Positions 35,085 through 45,495 of a stretch of 45,495 bases of DNA are shown here, piece by piece. This stretch comes from Vezdaea acicularis (taxonomy: Eukaryota), in assembly GCA_026025075.1 (NCBI GenBank), contig JAPEUI010000060.1:62001-107495 (forward strand), in the 5' to 3' direction. The position numbers and the translations under genes were made by a program. Positions within the stretch are counted from its first letter, which is position 1, and the number at the start of each line of letters is the position of its first letter. Under the pieces are notes generated by a model. It worked only from the letters and a program-made list of their open reading frames with translations, searched no databases and had not been told where the DNA came from.

Positions 35085-38000
35085 GTAAGGGGCTGCTTTG
35101 CCCCGTATTGGTTGCCAGATGTGGTTCACGCGGTGATGATGTCGATGTCTATAGAAAAGCTAGAATAGCCGTAAATGATGAAGTTCTTGCTAATAGTACT
35201 CTATCACTATCGATAATATCGCGATTCCTTTCACGTTGAAGTGAGACGTAGTAGACTACACATATATATCAATCATCATTTTTCCTTATATGGCAGTTCG
35301 GATTGGCTGGTACGTTTGTGTCATATTTGCTCATGACTATTTTCCCGGGAGGACCCTTTTTTTGCCCGGCAAAACTTGTCAAGATACGTCCATAAATTGA
35401 GATCGTGCTCAGTTGTCTAATAGCTAATATCTAAAAAAAAAAGAAGAAGTCCATCAATTGAATAGAAAATAATTCAACATATGTCACCACCAAATATTGC
35501 ATCCTACACAGCGCAAAAGGCACCACAGAATCCCCCCATTCCACGGTCTCGTCTCGCGAACCATCTCCGCATACCAAATGCGGCAGGCACAGCATCCCAC
35601 ACCCAACCAAACCCACAAACCTCCAGAACCATCATCACTCCCTCATAACCCCTGATCCCTTCCTCTACCCAAAAACTGTCCGCACGTGGCCGACTACAAC
35701 AGAAACGCGGAGATCTACAAGAGTGAGGGGAATGCGAAACAGACGAACGCTGACCAGATCGACCAGATCGACTGGGACGGTAAGGTTGGTGGTTATGCAG
35801 GACAGAAATTTTCGGGGGGTGGGTGGGTGTCGATCTTTTCAAGAATTGATGGGTTCGGCTAGGACAAGGGCATACGCTTCGATTCTCTTTTGATACTCCA
35901 TCATCATTAGGCTACTGCAGCGATGGACTTCAACTTTTGGGAGATTGTGGGAGCTGGCTTGACTACGCCCTGGAAGTATCACTCCTTCGTCCTAGCTCAT
36001 GTCCGCCTTTCACTCTTGACTAACGATTGCTTAGGTCCCGAGGGTAGTAGGATCTAGAAAGACAAGCTTCCGACTATGGGGGCCGAACCACTGAGAAACG
36101 GCTGGTGTCATCGCGGTTGAAAATATTTGCAAAGAAGCAGCCACGATCTGTCTTTGGGGGGCTTGAGAGGGCGACTAACGACACAACCGCATTGTTTCGC
36201 CTCATGCGGCACGGGCCCTAGCTTCGATCATGGGTAGCCAGAACGTGGTATTCATTGCAGGGGAAAAGAAAACTGGGGGAAAACATGGCGGAAAACTGTC
36301 GTCGAATGGACGATCTTCTCTCCCGCGAGGGACGGAAAACAAAAAAGTGGCGATGGCCCTTAGCACTCCCCGAAGCGACGCCTATCGGTCGACTTGACCC
36401 CAGCTTCTACCACGCGATATCAGCATTGCGTGCGAGGAAAAGTCCTGGGGGGGCTGGTTTTGGGAGCTGTCGATCGCTTCATCCGCCGATCGTCTTCCCA
36501 TGAAGCTAGTGGGTTGGTTCGACAGATGGGGACTGCCTTCAAGAAGTCGCCAGCCAAAGTCTTTTTCACATCGCGCCAGACGATCGCGGTCTCATGCGCG
36601 GGGCGTTTCGAGCCGGCGAACTCTGGGACGGCCTCATTGGTGGGCTCGAGCGGGCGGGTTTCCTATACGCTCGGAGGGCTCGAGCTACCCGTGAAAGAGA
36701 ATGCAGGAACGAACGGAGATGGTGTGAAGGAGAATTCTCTTTCGGGCGGAACGGTGGAGGGTCCGAACGCATCAACTTGACATCGACATCCTCTTGGACG
36801 CCGAAGGAGAGGGGAGAGTCGAGCGTAGCCGCGCCCCCTTCGTGCCGTGTCCTGGCCGAGGCAGCCCAAGGCAGCTTGCGGCAGACCTGACGTGCGTGAG
36901 CTGCTCGTGCTGCGCTTATTTATCCGCAAGCGACATGGCATTTTAACATTTTAACCATGGGAAAAAGAGCCCCAACAGCAAGATTGCCCGCGACGAGGAA
37001 GCTGTCAAGAGCACGTTCCGTGTCCGGAAGTTGTTGACACACACGGCCTGCAACTGGTACTCGCACGCACAATGGAACTCCTACAGCCCGAGTGCCATCC
37101 TCCACGGCTTCGATGGGGACGCACATCTGCCCCAAACGTCCTGGTGGTGGGGAAAGCGACGAGATTGCTCGGTCTCGCGTGTCGTGGCGCATGGCGAGCC
37201 GGGATGGGACGCCGTCGATTTGCGCTAAAGTGCCACTCCATCTCCGCATCTCACCCGCTTCGAGACAGGCCGTTGTGGCCTGCGATGGCCGCCGCGGTAC
37301 AGGTACAGGTACAGTAACAGTATTACGTTCTTGCGAAGCGATGGGTGGAGTGGTGGAAGGGGCGGGGAAAGAGAGGTCTGTCTCCAATCAACGCGGAGGC
37401 AAAGTTAAATGTGCAACAACACCAATCCCCATCCGACGACCTCCATATCTGCGACGAGGTAGCTGTACTCGCACCAGGACCAAGCGGAGCAGGGGCCGAT
37501 TCAGGCAGAATCCCCAACTTTGAATTTGCTCGTCGCATCGCTATCGCTCCAACAACGCCATCGCCCGCACCTGCGCAATTCTCATTCACACGCTGCCACC
37601 ATCGCGGCCGAGCTAAAGGACGGACTTTCGCACCGGCGCAAACTCAGGGCTTTCAGCGAATCCTTCCCGTCGTTCTGGAGCGCTGGCCTCGCAGCGGCCA
37701 CGGGCTGGGCGTCCTCAGCGCGCCCATTACCCAGGTCCGTAGAGTTTTCTGCACGGGCCATCGAACGGCGCGAGAGCCCAGGACTGACGGCTGACTTGTC
37801 TCTCTGACGCCATCACGCCGACAACGGCTCATCTCCCCGGAGTGGGTCCATTGGATGAAGTCCCAAGTGCCGCTCCATCACCGCGCAATTCGATCGCATG
37901 TCGTTGGTGTGCCGGCCGTCGACGGTCGACCCTCGCCACCCCTCCACCACTCCACCACTCCACCCCCAGACCCAGAAAACCGACAGACACCACCCCCCTT

Positions 38001-38325
38001 GAAAAATGCTTTTCAACGATCTACGGCACGACGGACGACATCGCTCCCAGCACGGCACGTAGTGCGCCCAGCCCAAACCCACCAGAATCCGGGGTATGCA
38101 GCCACGAGAGCCCTAGTTGGAACACGGCAAAAAGCCAAGGGCCGCAGACACGGCTCGGGAAAAGACCAGTAGCCGTGCGTAGCTTCATCGCTATATCTTA
38201 AGAACCAGACCGTTCCCCAGTTCTTCTCGCTCACTGGCAGGAGAGATTGCAGGAAGAATCGTTACCTCTGTCCTTCTCCGCTACGCATTGCATTCAAGCT
38301 CGACGCTCAACCATCATATCGAACC

Positions 38326-39677
38326 ATGACAATAGGGTCTGCATTTCTTGGGGCGCCGCCCAATAACGCAAAGGACGTGGCCATCATCATAGGCCTGCAG
38401 AAGCTCAGCGGTGCCTCCACTCTCAATCCATCAGCCGGTGCTCCATTGGGCCCTCATCGGCCAAAGAATGCAAACAATGACACGAGAGGGCCGGCCATCA
38501 TCGCCGCATGCTCCGTCCTGATGGCCTTGATCATCCTTGTGACAACGGCAAGGATCCTGGGTAAGACGTCTTCTCCGAAGGGAAAGAGGATGTTGCTGAC
38601 GTTTCCTTTCCAGTACGAGTATTCCACAAACGTATGAAGTTTGGCTTGGATGACATGTTCATCATTCCTGCGGCCCTTTTCGGCGTGGCCTGGATGGCCG
38701 TGACCATCTCGCTGGTGAAGTACGCCAATGTCGGGCAGCACACCTGGAATCTCACTTATGAGAACATGGGTCTGTTTTTCAAGGTAATTTTTGCTCTGGA
38801 TCTCGTCCTTGTTGCTATGATGTCCTAACCGCCTTGTGTATACAGCTTGGTGCCACCAATCAGGCGATCTTCTATTGTGCCTCCGCGCTCGTTCAAGCGT
38901 CCATCATCTTGTTCAACCGACGTCTGACCGGAGTGTCGTCGAAGCCGTGGCAGATCGTTCACTGGGTCCTTCTCTTCTGCGTCTTCGTCTACTGGGCGAC
39001 CTCATTCTTTACCACGATCTTCGTCTGTAACCCGACCACAGCTGGCCTGAGCCTCGAGGGTCGGGGGCGTGCCACCCACGTCAAATGTCTGGACGCGACC
39101 AAGTTGCAATTGGCTTTCAGTATCATGCACGTGATACTCGACTTTTCTCTCTTGGCGGTGCCCGTCACCGTGTTAGTCAAATCTCAATTGGCATGGACGA
39201 CCAAACTCCGGCTGTGCTTCCTGTTCACCTTGGGTCTCCTCTCCTGTATCTCTGCTGTCATGCGTGTCGTCACCGGGAATCAGAAACGAATCGACTTTGC
39301 GTATGATTCGATCAAGCAGATTGGTAAGCATGTCCCGAGTAAGATCAATGTGTCTGATGGATCGATGGCTGACTTGGTAAACTGCAGAATGGGTGATGAT
39401 TGATATCTCCTCGGCCATCATCGTAGCATCCCTTCCAGCACTCAACGCCCTCCTTGACCTGATCATTCCCACCAAGTGGAGCGTGCGCCGACGGACGGTC
39501 GCTTCGACGTCGAAGGGCTCGAGCCAGAACAAGCACACCCCTCCTACCACCCTAGGTTCCAAGTCAACGAACATGGGGTCCACCTCGGACAGCATGAGCA
39601 GCAACTCCCATCACAAGCACACCGAGGACAAGGAATTGGCATTCTTCACGGACGAAGAGATGGGACGCGCGCCGTAG
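38326..39677 (+). CDS. PTH11-like (fungal rhodopsin-domain) 7-TM membrane protein without CFEM; exons 38326-38560, 38614-38783, 38846-39323, 39388-39677
   Basis: FGLDD, VGQHTW, ASIILFNRRL, IFVCNP..C, LDFSLLAVP, KLRLCFLFTLG..SCISAVMR, W..ID....IIVASLPAL. Three introns keep frame. Confidence 0.88.
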
Positions 39678-40840
39678 TTATGTATAGAAGTACCAAAAAG
39701 TCATCGGGATCGAGATGTCCATACGATGCGACGGGGAAATGGGGATGAGGGGGAAGTGGAGAGGGACCGTCTGGGTTTAGCAAGGAGTTTACGAGGAACG
39801 GCGGACAAATGACGAAACACAGGAAAAAAAAAGGGCTTTCTTCAGGTGCTCGATGTTTCCCTTGGCTGACGTGTCTCCCTTTCTACGGATAATACCCTGG
39901 ATTCAAAGTTCGATGCGAACTTTTTGTCACGAATAGGTTTTGATAGTGGGAGGGTCTTGGACGACGCTTTTTGACGGCGATCTTGAGCATCGCCCGCGTC
40001 GCAGAAAATGAATGTAATTCTTTTTCTCAACCACATTTTCTCATGGCTCGTATGCACGGCGAGAGTGATCTGTGAGGAACGGTGATCGCATGACACGTAG
40101 AATAGAACGCTCATAGCTGATGATGATCGGGATACTGCCTTACAAATGCTCCAACGGAGAGTGCAGCGCTGCGCCTCGCCCGCCCTGCACGGGAAAAGAC
40201 CTCTCTGCGGTGTCTCTGCGGTGCCTCAGTCGCCTAGGGCCCAAGCCGGGCGCGATTGACCAATCCGGGGCCGGGCCGGCCGTCACTGGGCCCCCGCGGG
40301 AAGAGAGGCTGCAACCGAGCTCTAAACCCCTTTGCGGCAAGCGTGCCTGGACTAGGCCCGTTCGCGACCTCTGCCTCCCGGCTGCAGCTTGAGAGGAGAG
40401 AGAATGGGGGGTGCTGGTGGTTGTGTCTGGCTGCGCGCCCAATATATTGACAGCCTCGTCGCCGCGGCGGGCATGCCCTTTGACTGGCTTCAGCCTCGTT
40501 TCCTCCCCGATCCCTCTCGTGCTGCTGTCCGGAGATCAGCACGATGGCTATCTCTTCTCGTTCAATCCAGCTGATGAAAGGAAGCCCTTCCGCGCAATGC
40601 TTCTGACTCAAGACTCTGTCCTAGGCTGACAGCACACGACAGTGATACTTTTCTTTCTTTTGACGTGGGCTTTGCCGTTTGCTTATATCGACTCTGCTGG
40701 TCTCATTGATTTACCCCTTTACGACCATACCCATCGTCTTATCGTCACGACGCTCAATCGTTCCGTCCCTGTCGTCCTTCACGTAGGATTAATCTTAGAC
40801 GAACTTCACACTCGCCTGACGGCACCGACGGTTGCGCACC

Positions 40841-43217
40841 ATGACGGACCGAAACGAACGCCCGCCTTTGTCGCGGTCGGATTCAAACCAGAATGATGGA
40901 GATGCCATCGAGCTGGAGCGTGTTGTGTTCGAGACGGCAGATTCCGCGGCTCACACCCCGCCCCAGAATGTCGACGATAATATATCACCATTATCATCAC
41001 CGCCAATCGGCTCGGGAAGACGCAGTTCAGGTGGTGGGAGAACCCGTGAAGGGTCCGGTAACAACTTTCCTCCTCCTATCCCTGAACGAGAGGAAACAGA
41101 GGATACAGAGGATACAGAGGAAACAGAGGACACGCTACCGTCCCGCGTCGCTCGAGGAAGCGATGCTTCTTCCACTCCCAGTCCAGGCTGGGAGCGGCGC
41201 GCGAGTACCGCGCCTTCCATGGTCGCCAGGACGAGACAGACTTCTCAATCCAGCCAGCTCGGTCTTACAAGGGCGGAGACGGGCATCTCCCATGCTTCAT
41301 CACCAGCACCAGTCGCGACTCATGACACCTTGCTGGACTTTAATCGCGTCGTCGCCGCCGATGGCGCGAGCACTTCCGACTCACTTCGTGAACGACGTGA
41401 GTACGTGCGGGAGCAGATGGACGAGATGGCCCACCACAAAGTGACTCTGGACGAGCTCCGATCCTTCAAGGATCACGAGAAGGTGAGATGGCAGTCTATC
41501 CATAAGACACTTGCCAGCAAGTTTGGTATTCGGCGGGGACCGAGTATGCCATCCGATGAGAAAATCATCTCGATGGCGCAGTACTACTATCCACCGCGTG
41601 GCATGGTCCGCGTCGACGTTTGCGACTTTGGGCCCGAACGCGCCGAGCATTTTCAGACGACACTAGGAGATATCCAGCAGCAGTGGGAAACAAAGCCAGA
41701 CTGGGCCACGGTCCGATGGATCCATGCACCGCTCGGAATCGGACTGGTCCATTCCTCCGTCGAAGATCTTTTCCTGAATGATGGCAAGAGGCGATGCAAT
41801 GGAAAGAGAGGCTACGAGTTCAAGCACGGTGGGCGAGCTGGATGGCCGTATATAGAATGCGAAGTCCTCAACATCCGAAGCCAAGAATACTTCCAGGATT
41901 ATCGAGATGCCATGCTATTATTGAGGAGGTATCCCCACATTACGGAAAAGCTGGACCCTACCGTATTCAAAGGCGATAAGAACCAGGACCTCAAATCCGA
42001 TATCGAATGGAGAGCAGACCACGTCAATGGCCCGATGGGCTACTGGGATCTCGCTGCGTCAGATATGCCATGGCAGCTGGATGAGGGACTCGGCGCTGGC
42101 CTTCATGGACCGCATGCTGGTCTCAAACCTCTGTCGCGGAAAGTCACGCCGCAGTTGTTGTCGAGGAACCCCTTCTTCAAGCACGCACAGATCGTGCGAG
42201 ATCCTTTCCGGGCTTTCCATCGCGCTGATGGATGCTTGCTCACCATGTCTCCCGCCGCGGGTATCAACTATCTCGACAAGAACATGAACGATTATCTGAA
42301 AGAGCCACCCCACTGCCGCTTCGACAATGAGCATACCTCGGCCATTGGTAACGTCTGGAAGGAGTTCTCCAACACAGGCACAGATACGTGGCATAAGAAG
42401 ACCGTCGAATGGTTCATGGTCTACCTCATGACCGAAATCGAGGCGACGCCGAATAATATCCGGCAAGGTTATAATGCTCCATCGATGCAGGACGCCTATC
42501 AGCCCGTCGTTCAAGATCTGGTAAATGCTTCAATAACTTGGCATATCCTTCAAAGCTGACAAAAGGACAGAAACGTCGTAGGTACGAGACCTTCAAGAAG
42601 AACGAGTCCATCAAGCTAGTTCGAGACTACAACTCGTGTATGGACGAAATATCCTCCATCGTGAACATCTTGGAGCACAAAGTCAGCTTCCTCGACCGTC
42701 TGAAGAAAGACTGTGCTGGCCTTGAAAGCACCGCCAGACCGCTGCCACCGCACTCAGCGACGGCGAGAGTCGATTGGGCCAGGACGGCTGTGAGCGACAA
42801 TCTCCGCATGATGCGCGGTCTGCTGGATGATTTGCAAGGCTCGCTCTCAGCAGTAAGTTTCCCATATCCCAATCTGATCTCATGAAATCCCCCGCTCACC
42901 CGTCCCATTAAATTCAGCTCTTCCAACTGCGCACGATCGAGCAGAACGAACTAGCGATCGTCGCCGATTCGCAGAACAAGGCCATTCTCGTCTTCTCCAT
43001 CACCACTGTCATCTTCTTGCCCCTATCCTTCTTCACCTCCTACTTCGGCATGAACTTACAAGGCATCGTCGGTACGAGCCATGGACAAGGCTTCTTCTGG
43101 ACCGTCACGGCCAGTTTCGCCTTCGTCATTGTGGCCACGGCCGCCATTCTGGCGTTCAGAAAGCAGGTCTATGCTTATCTGTGGGGCAACCAGAGGCTCA
43201 CGGACGAGGAGCAATAG
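40841..43217 (+). CDS. CorA-like Mg2+ transporter-domain protein; exons 40841-42520, 42571-42852, 42918-43217
   Basis: C-terminal QNKAILVFSITTVIFLPLSFFTSYFGMN plus a second TM (FFWTVTASFAFVIV); N-terminal VCDF...KPDWATVRWI; preceding stalk-like helix. Introns 42521-42570 and 42853-42917. Confidence 0.85.
41089..41133 (+). repeat. In-frame 9-bp minisatellite x5 (GAGGAWACA) encoding EET-EDT-EDT-EET-EDT
   Basis: GAGGAAACA GAGGATACA GAGGATACA GAGGAAACA GAGGACACG inside exon 1 of the CorA-like gene. Confidence 0.85.
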
Positions 43218-44045
43218 AAGTCGAGTTCGCTAGGTAATGGGGGCATGGGTTGCGTGGATCTGGCGTGTCATGGTGAGGAGCGCGCATTATTTTTTCTTTG
43301 GAGCCGCGCGGTGACGTCGAGGATGTTTATGATATCTATTTGAAATTATGTTTCTAGGTCTGAACGATTTCTCATTGCTTTTCTGGATTCGTACGCGCAG
43401 CATTTCATCGTCCCTAGCGGATGGCAAACTTCATTTATGGGGTTATTTCGTAGCAGGAATTCAAGCTAGGACACTAGCTTAGACTTGCATAGCATTTACT
43501 TTTTAAGGCGTTCCTCGAACCAAGAATGTGAAGGCCGAGCAAAGAAGGGATGCCCACCCTCTCGCCAAAAATGTCGATTACCGAGCGTCCTATCTATGTA
43601 AGGGGGCGAGATACGAAGCAAGCGATCGGTATGACTACCGACATGCCACAAGCCAAGGGAGATTAGCCTTCTCTCTCTGGCCCAGGAACGCCATTCATCA
43701 AAGAATCTCACGACGCGGAATTCCTCCCTGCGCGTCTCGTCGATCGTGGCGATCTCGGGGTCGACGATGGATTCTTTTCATTTCCTGGACGGGTGTGGCC
43801 CCTAGAGGAGAATGGGTCTGATACAGATGTCTTGTTTATCGCGCCCTGGATCGTTCAATTTCGTGCGGGCTATAAGATGTAGCAGCTCCGTCTCCCCTCG
43901 TTGGTGTTGGACTCAGCAAGCAATATCCACTCGCTACACTTCCCTTCATATCCATACTCACTTACATCCTATTCGACGCTCTCTCCACCTCTCCAACACC
44001 ACAAACCCAACCCACCCACTCCCCCCCATAGCAACCAACCCAACC

Positions 44046-44625
44046 ATGCACATCCCACTCTCCTCCCTCATCCTCCTAACCCTAACCACCGCCCTCACAA
44101 CCGCCCTCCCCCAACAAACAAGCGCCGGCACCCAACTCGCCTCCACCTGCGGCGACTCCGCCTCTCTCAACTGCTGCACCAGCGTCGAGACCAACGGCGG
44201 CACCTCCAACGCCAATTACGCCGGTCTCCTCTCTGGGCTCGCCGGCGGCGCGCTCGCTGGTCTCGGCCAGGGATTGGGCTTGGGGAGTGGGTGTAAGGGG
44301 TTGGATGTTACTGGTGAGTTTTGCTTTGCTCGTTTCTTTCGGGGGAATTGTTCTGTTTGAAACGTAATTAGAGGAGTGTAGGAATATGCGGAACTTGCTG
44401 ACTTTACCCCCCCTCTCACGCAGCTCTCATCGGCCTCAGCGACCTCACTTCCACCTGCAAACAAACTCCTGCTTGCTGCCAGAACAGCCCTGAGACGCAG
44501 GTCAGTACTTTCTCCGCCCGTTCGCCCTTTTTCTATTCTTTGCTCGAGATGTTTACGCCTTCTGTGATTAGACCGGCCTCGTCAATGCGGGTATCCCCTG
44601 CGTCGCCCTTGGTGGGCTCTTGTAG
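44046..44625 (+). CDS. Class I hydrophobin (RodA-like spacing); exons 44046-44313, 44424-44500, 44572-44625
   Basis: Signal peptide; spliced product has C-X7-CC-X38-C-X17-C-X5-CC-X16-C and ends GLVNAGIPCVALGGLL. Introns 44314-44423 and 44501-44571. TATA-like TATAAG at about 43871. Confidence 0.93.
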
Positions 44626-45495
44626 GCGCTTTTTCGCCCCTCTGCTGTTGCTGCGCTCGGCTTTGTTGCGGTCGTGGCAAGGAAATGGGGTCGTGGGGCC
44701 TGCCAGGGGGGGCTTTATTCTTGGGGCTCGCATCGAGAAGGGGTTTCGCGGGTTAGGGTCTTTTTGAGTCTGAGGGGAGACTGGTGTATTATTCTTCATA
44801 TGTCGAGCAAATAGCTTCTAGGCTATCGTAATCTAGATGATTGGGTAGATAGCTCGCAGTATTCTTACCATTTTTTTACTTTTCCTCTCTCGATCTTGAT
44901 CTTGATCCGCTATAACTTTTGTTGCTACTAAGAAAATATCATAACCCCCTGAAAAAGAAGTGAACACTCAACTTTCGAGGATGTTCCGAGACCACTGTGT
45001 TTGTCAGGGAAGTCACCAAACTGAGTGTGCAATTGAATTGCTGAGAGATTACGTCTCTCCTTACAAGTAAAGATTCTGGTGGTTAGCGAGAGTGATTGAA
45101 TCGAGCTTACCGTGGCAGAATATGAGTCGTTCCAGAGCCCTACTTTCCGTCGCAAAAACATATCAACTACTACAAAAATAAGATATGTCACAGGGTAGCC
45201 CATCTTTTATTTCAATTTTTAGACCATAACGTGTCGACCCGAGTCTGTCAATGTAGTTAGGTGTCTGAGACAATTTTAGAGAAGTGTTGTTGAGTTCCTG
45301 GGAATAAGGGGGACTTGAGGTGGATATTGTGGGATGTCCACGAGGGGCTTTTTTGCGTAGTGAGCGTGTGGCTTTAGGCCTTGAGACTTTTCGCATTTTC
45401 AGCATCTTTCTTAATTCTTCTAATATCGTAGAAGGCTTGAATTGGATTTATCATATTTTTTGACCGTGGTAAAATAGGTGGGGACGAGGGGAGAC

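Noticed and set aside
39885..39902. GGATAATACC resembling the TPP riboswitch P5 loop
   Set aside because: Flanking CTTGAT and AGCGAAAG/CTGAG core elements are missing and no thiamine gene is nearby.
40571..40610. CTGATGA followed by a GGAAG/CTTCC hairpin (hammerhead ribozyme or C/D snoRNA-like)
   Set aside because: No GAAA after the stem as a hammerhead requires; the C-to-D box distance is too short for a snoRNA.
44075..44087. Telomere-like CCTAACCCTAACC
   Set aside because: Only two units, encoding Leu-Thr codons of the hydrophobin signal peptide in a C/A-rich stretch.
44800..45495. AT-richer right end as a RIP-degraded transposon
   Set aside because: No transposase, RT or integrase motif and no terminal repeat recognisable within the window.

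Overview
Gene-dense, intron-containing chromosome segment of a filamentous ascomycete (Pezizomycotina-type GT..CTRAC..YAG introns, mostly 49-70 nt). I reconstructed 17 spliced or single-exon protein genes by hand: partial GPI17/PIG-S, PAP2 lipid phosphatase, MARVEL-type membrane protein, an orphan probably mitochondrial protein, GT25 glycosyltransferase, a ~910-aa conserved hypothetical, an alpha/beta hydrolase, Ppc89/Cep57-like spindle pole body protein, aldehyde dehydrogenase, BUD27/URI, TFB3/MAT1, an 18-Cys secreted protein, Pil1/Lsp1, NUP-family protein, PTH11-like receptor, CorA-like protein and a class I hydrophobin. There is also one tRNA-Glu(CTC). I see no transposon, rRNA, CRISPR or secondary-metabolite backbone gene, and I cannot support a claim of a complete new multi-gene system. 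The best leads are (i) recurrent, strand-symmetric C/A-rich to G/T-rich composition flips that cut across coding and non-coding DNA, (ii) an exact 67-bp G-tract direct repeat, (iii) a modular Cys-rich secreted protein with Kex2 sites, (iv) a spliced orphan gene beside the tRNA, and (v) an unusually long Pil1 intron with a possible poison acceptor. All family assignments come from recognising motifs by eye; no searches were run.
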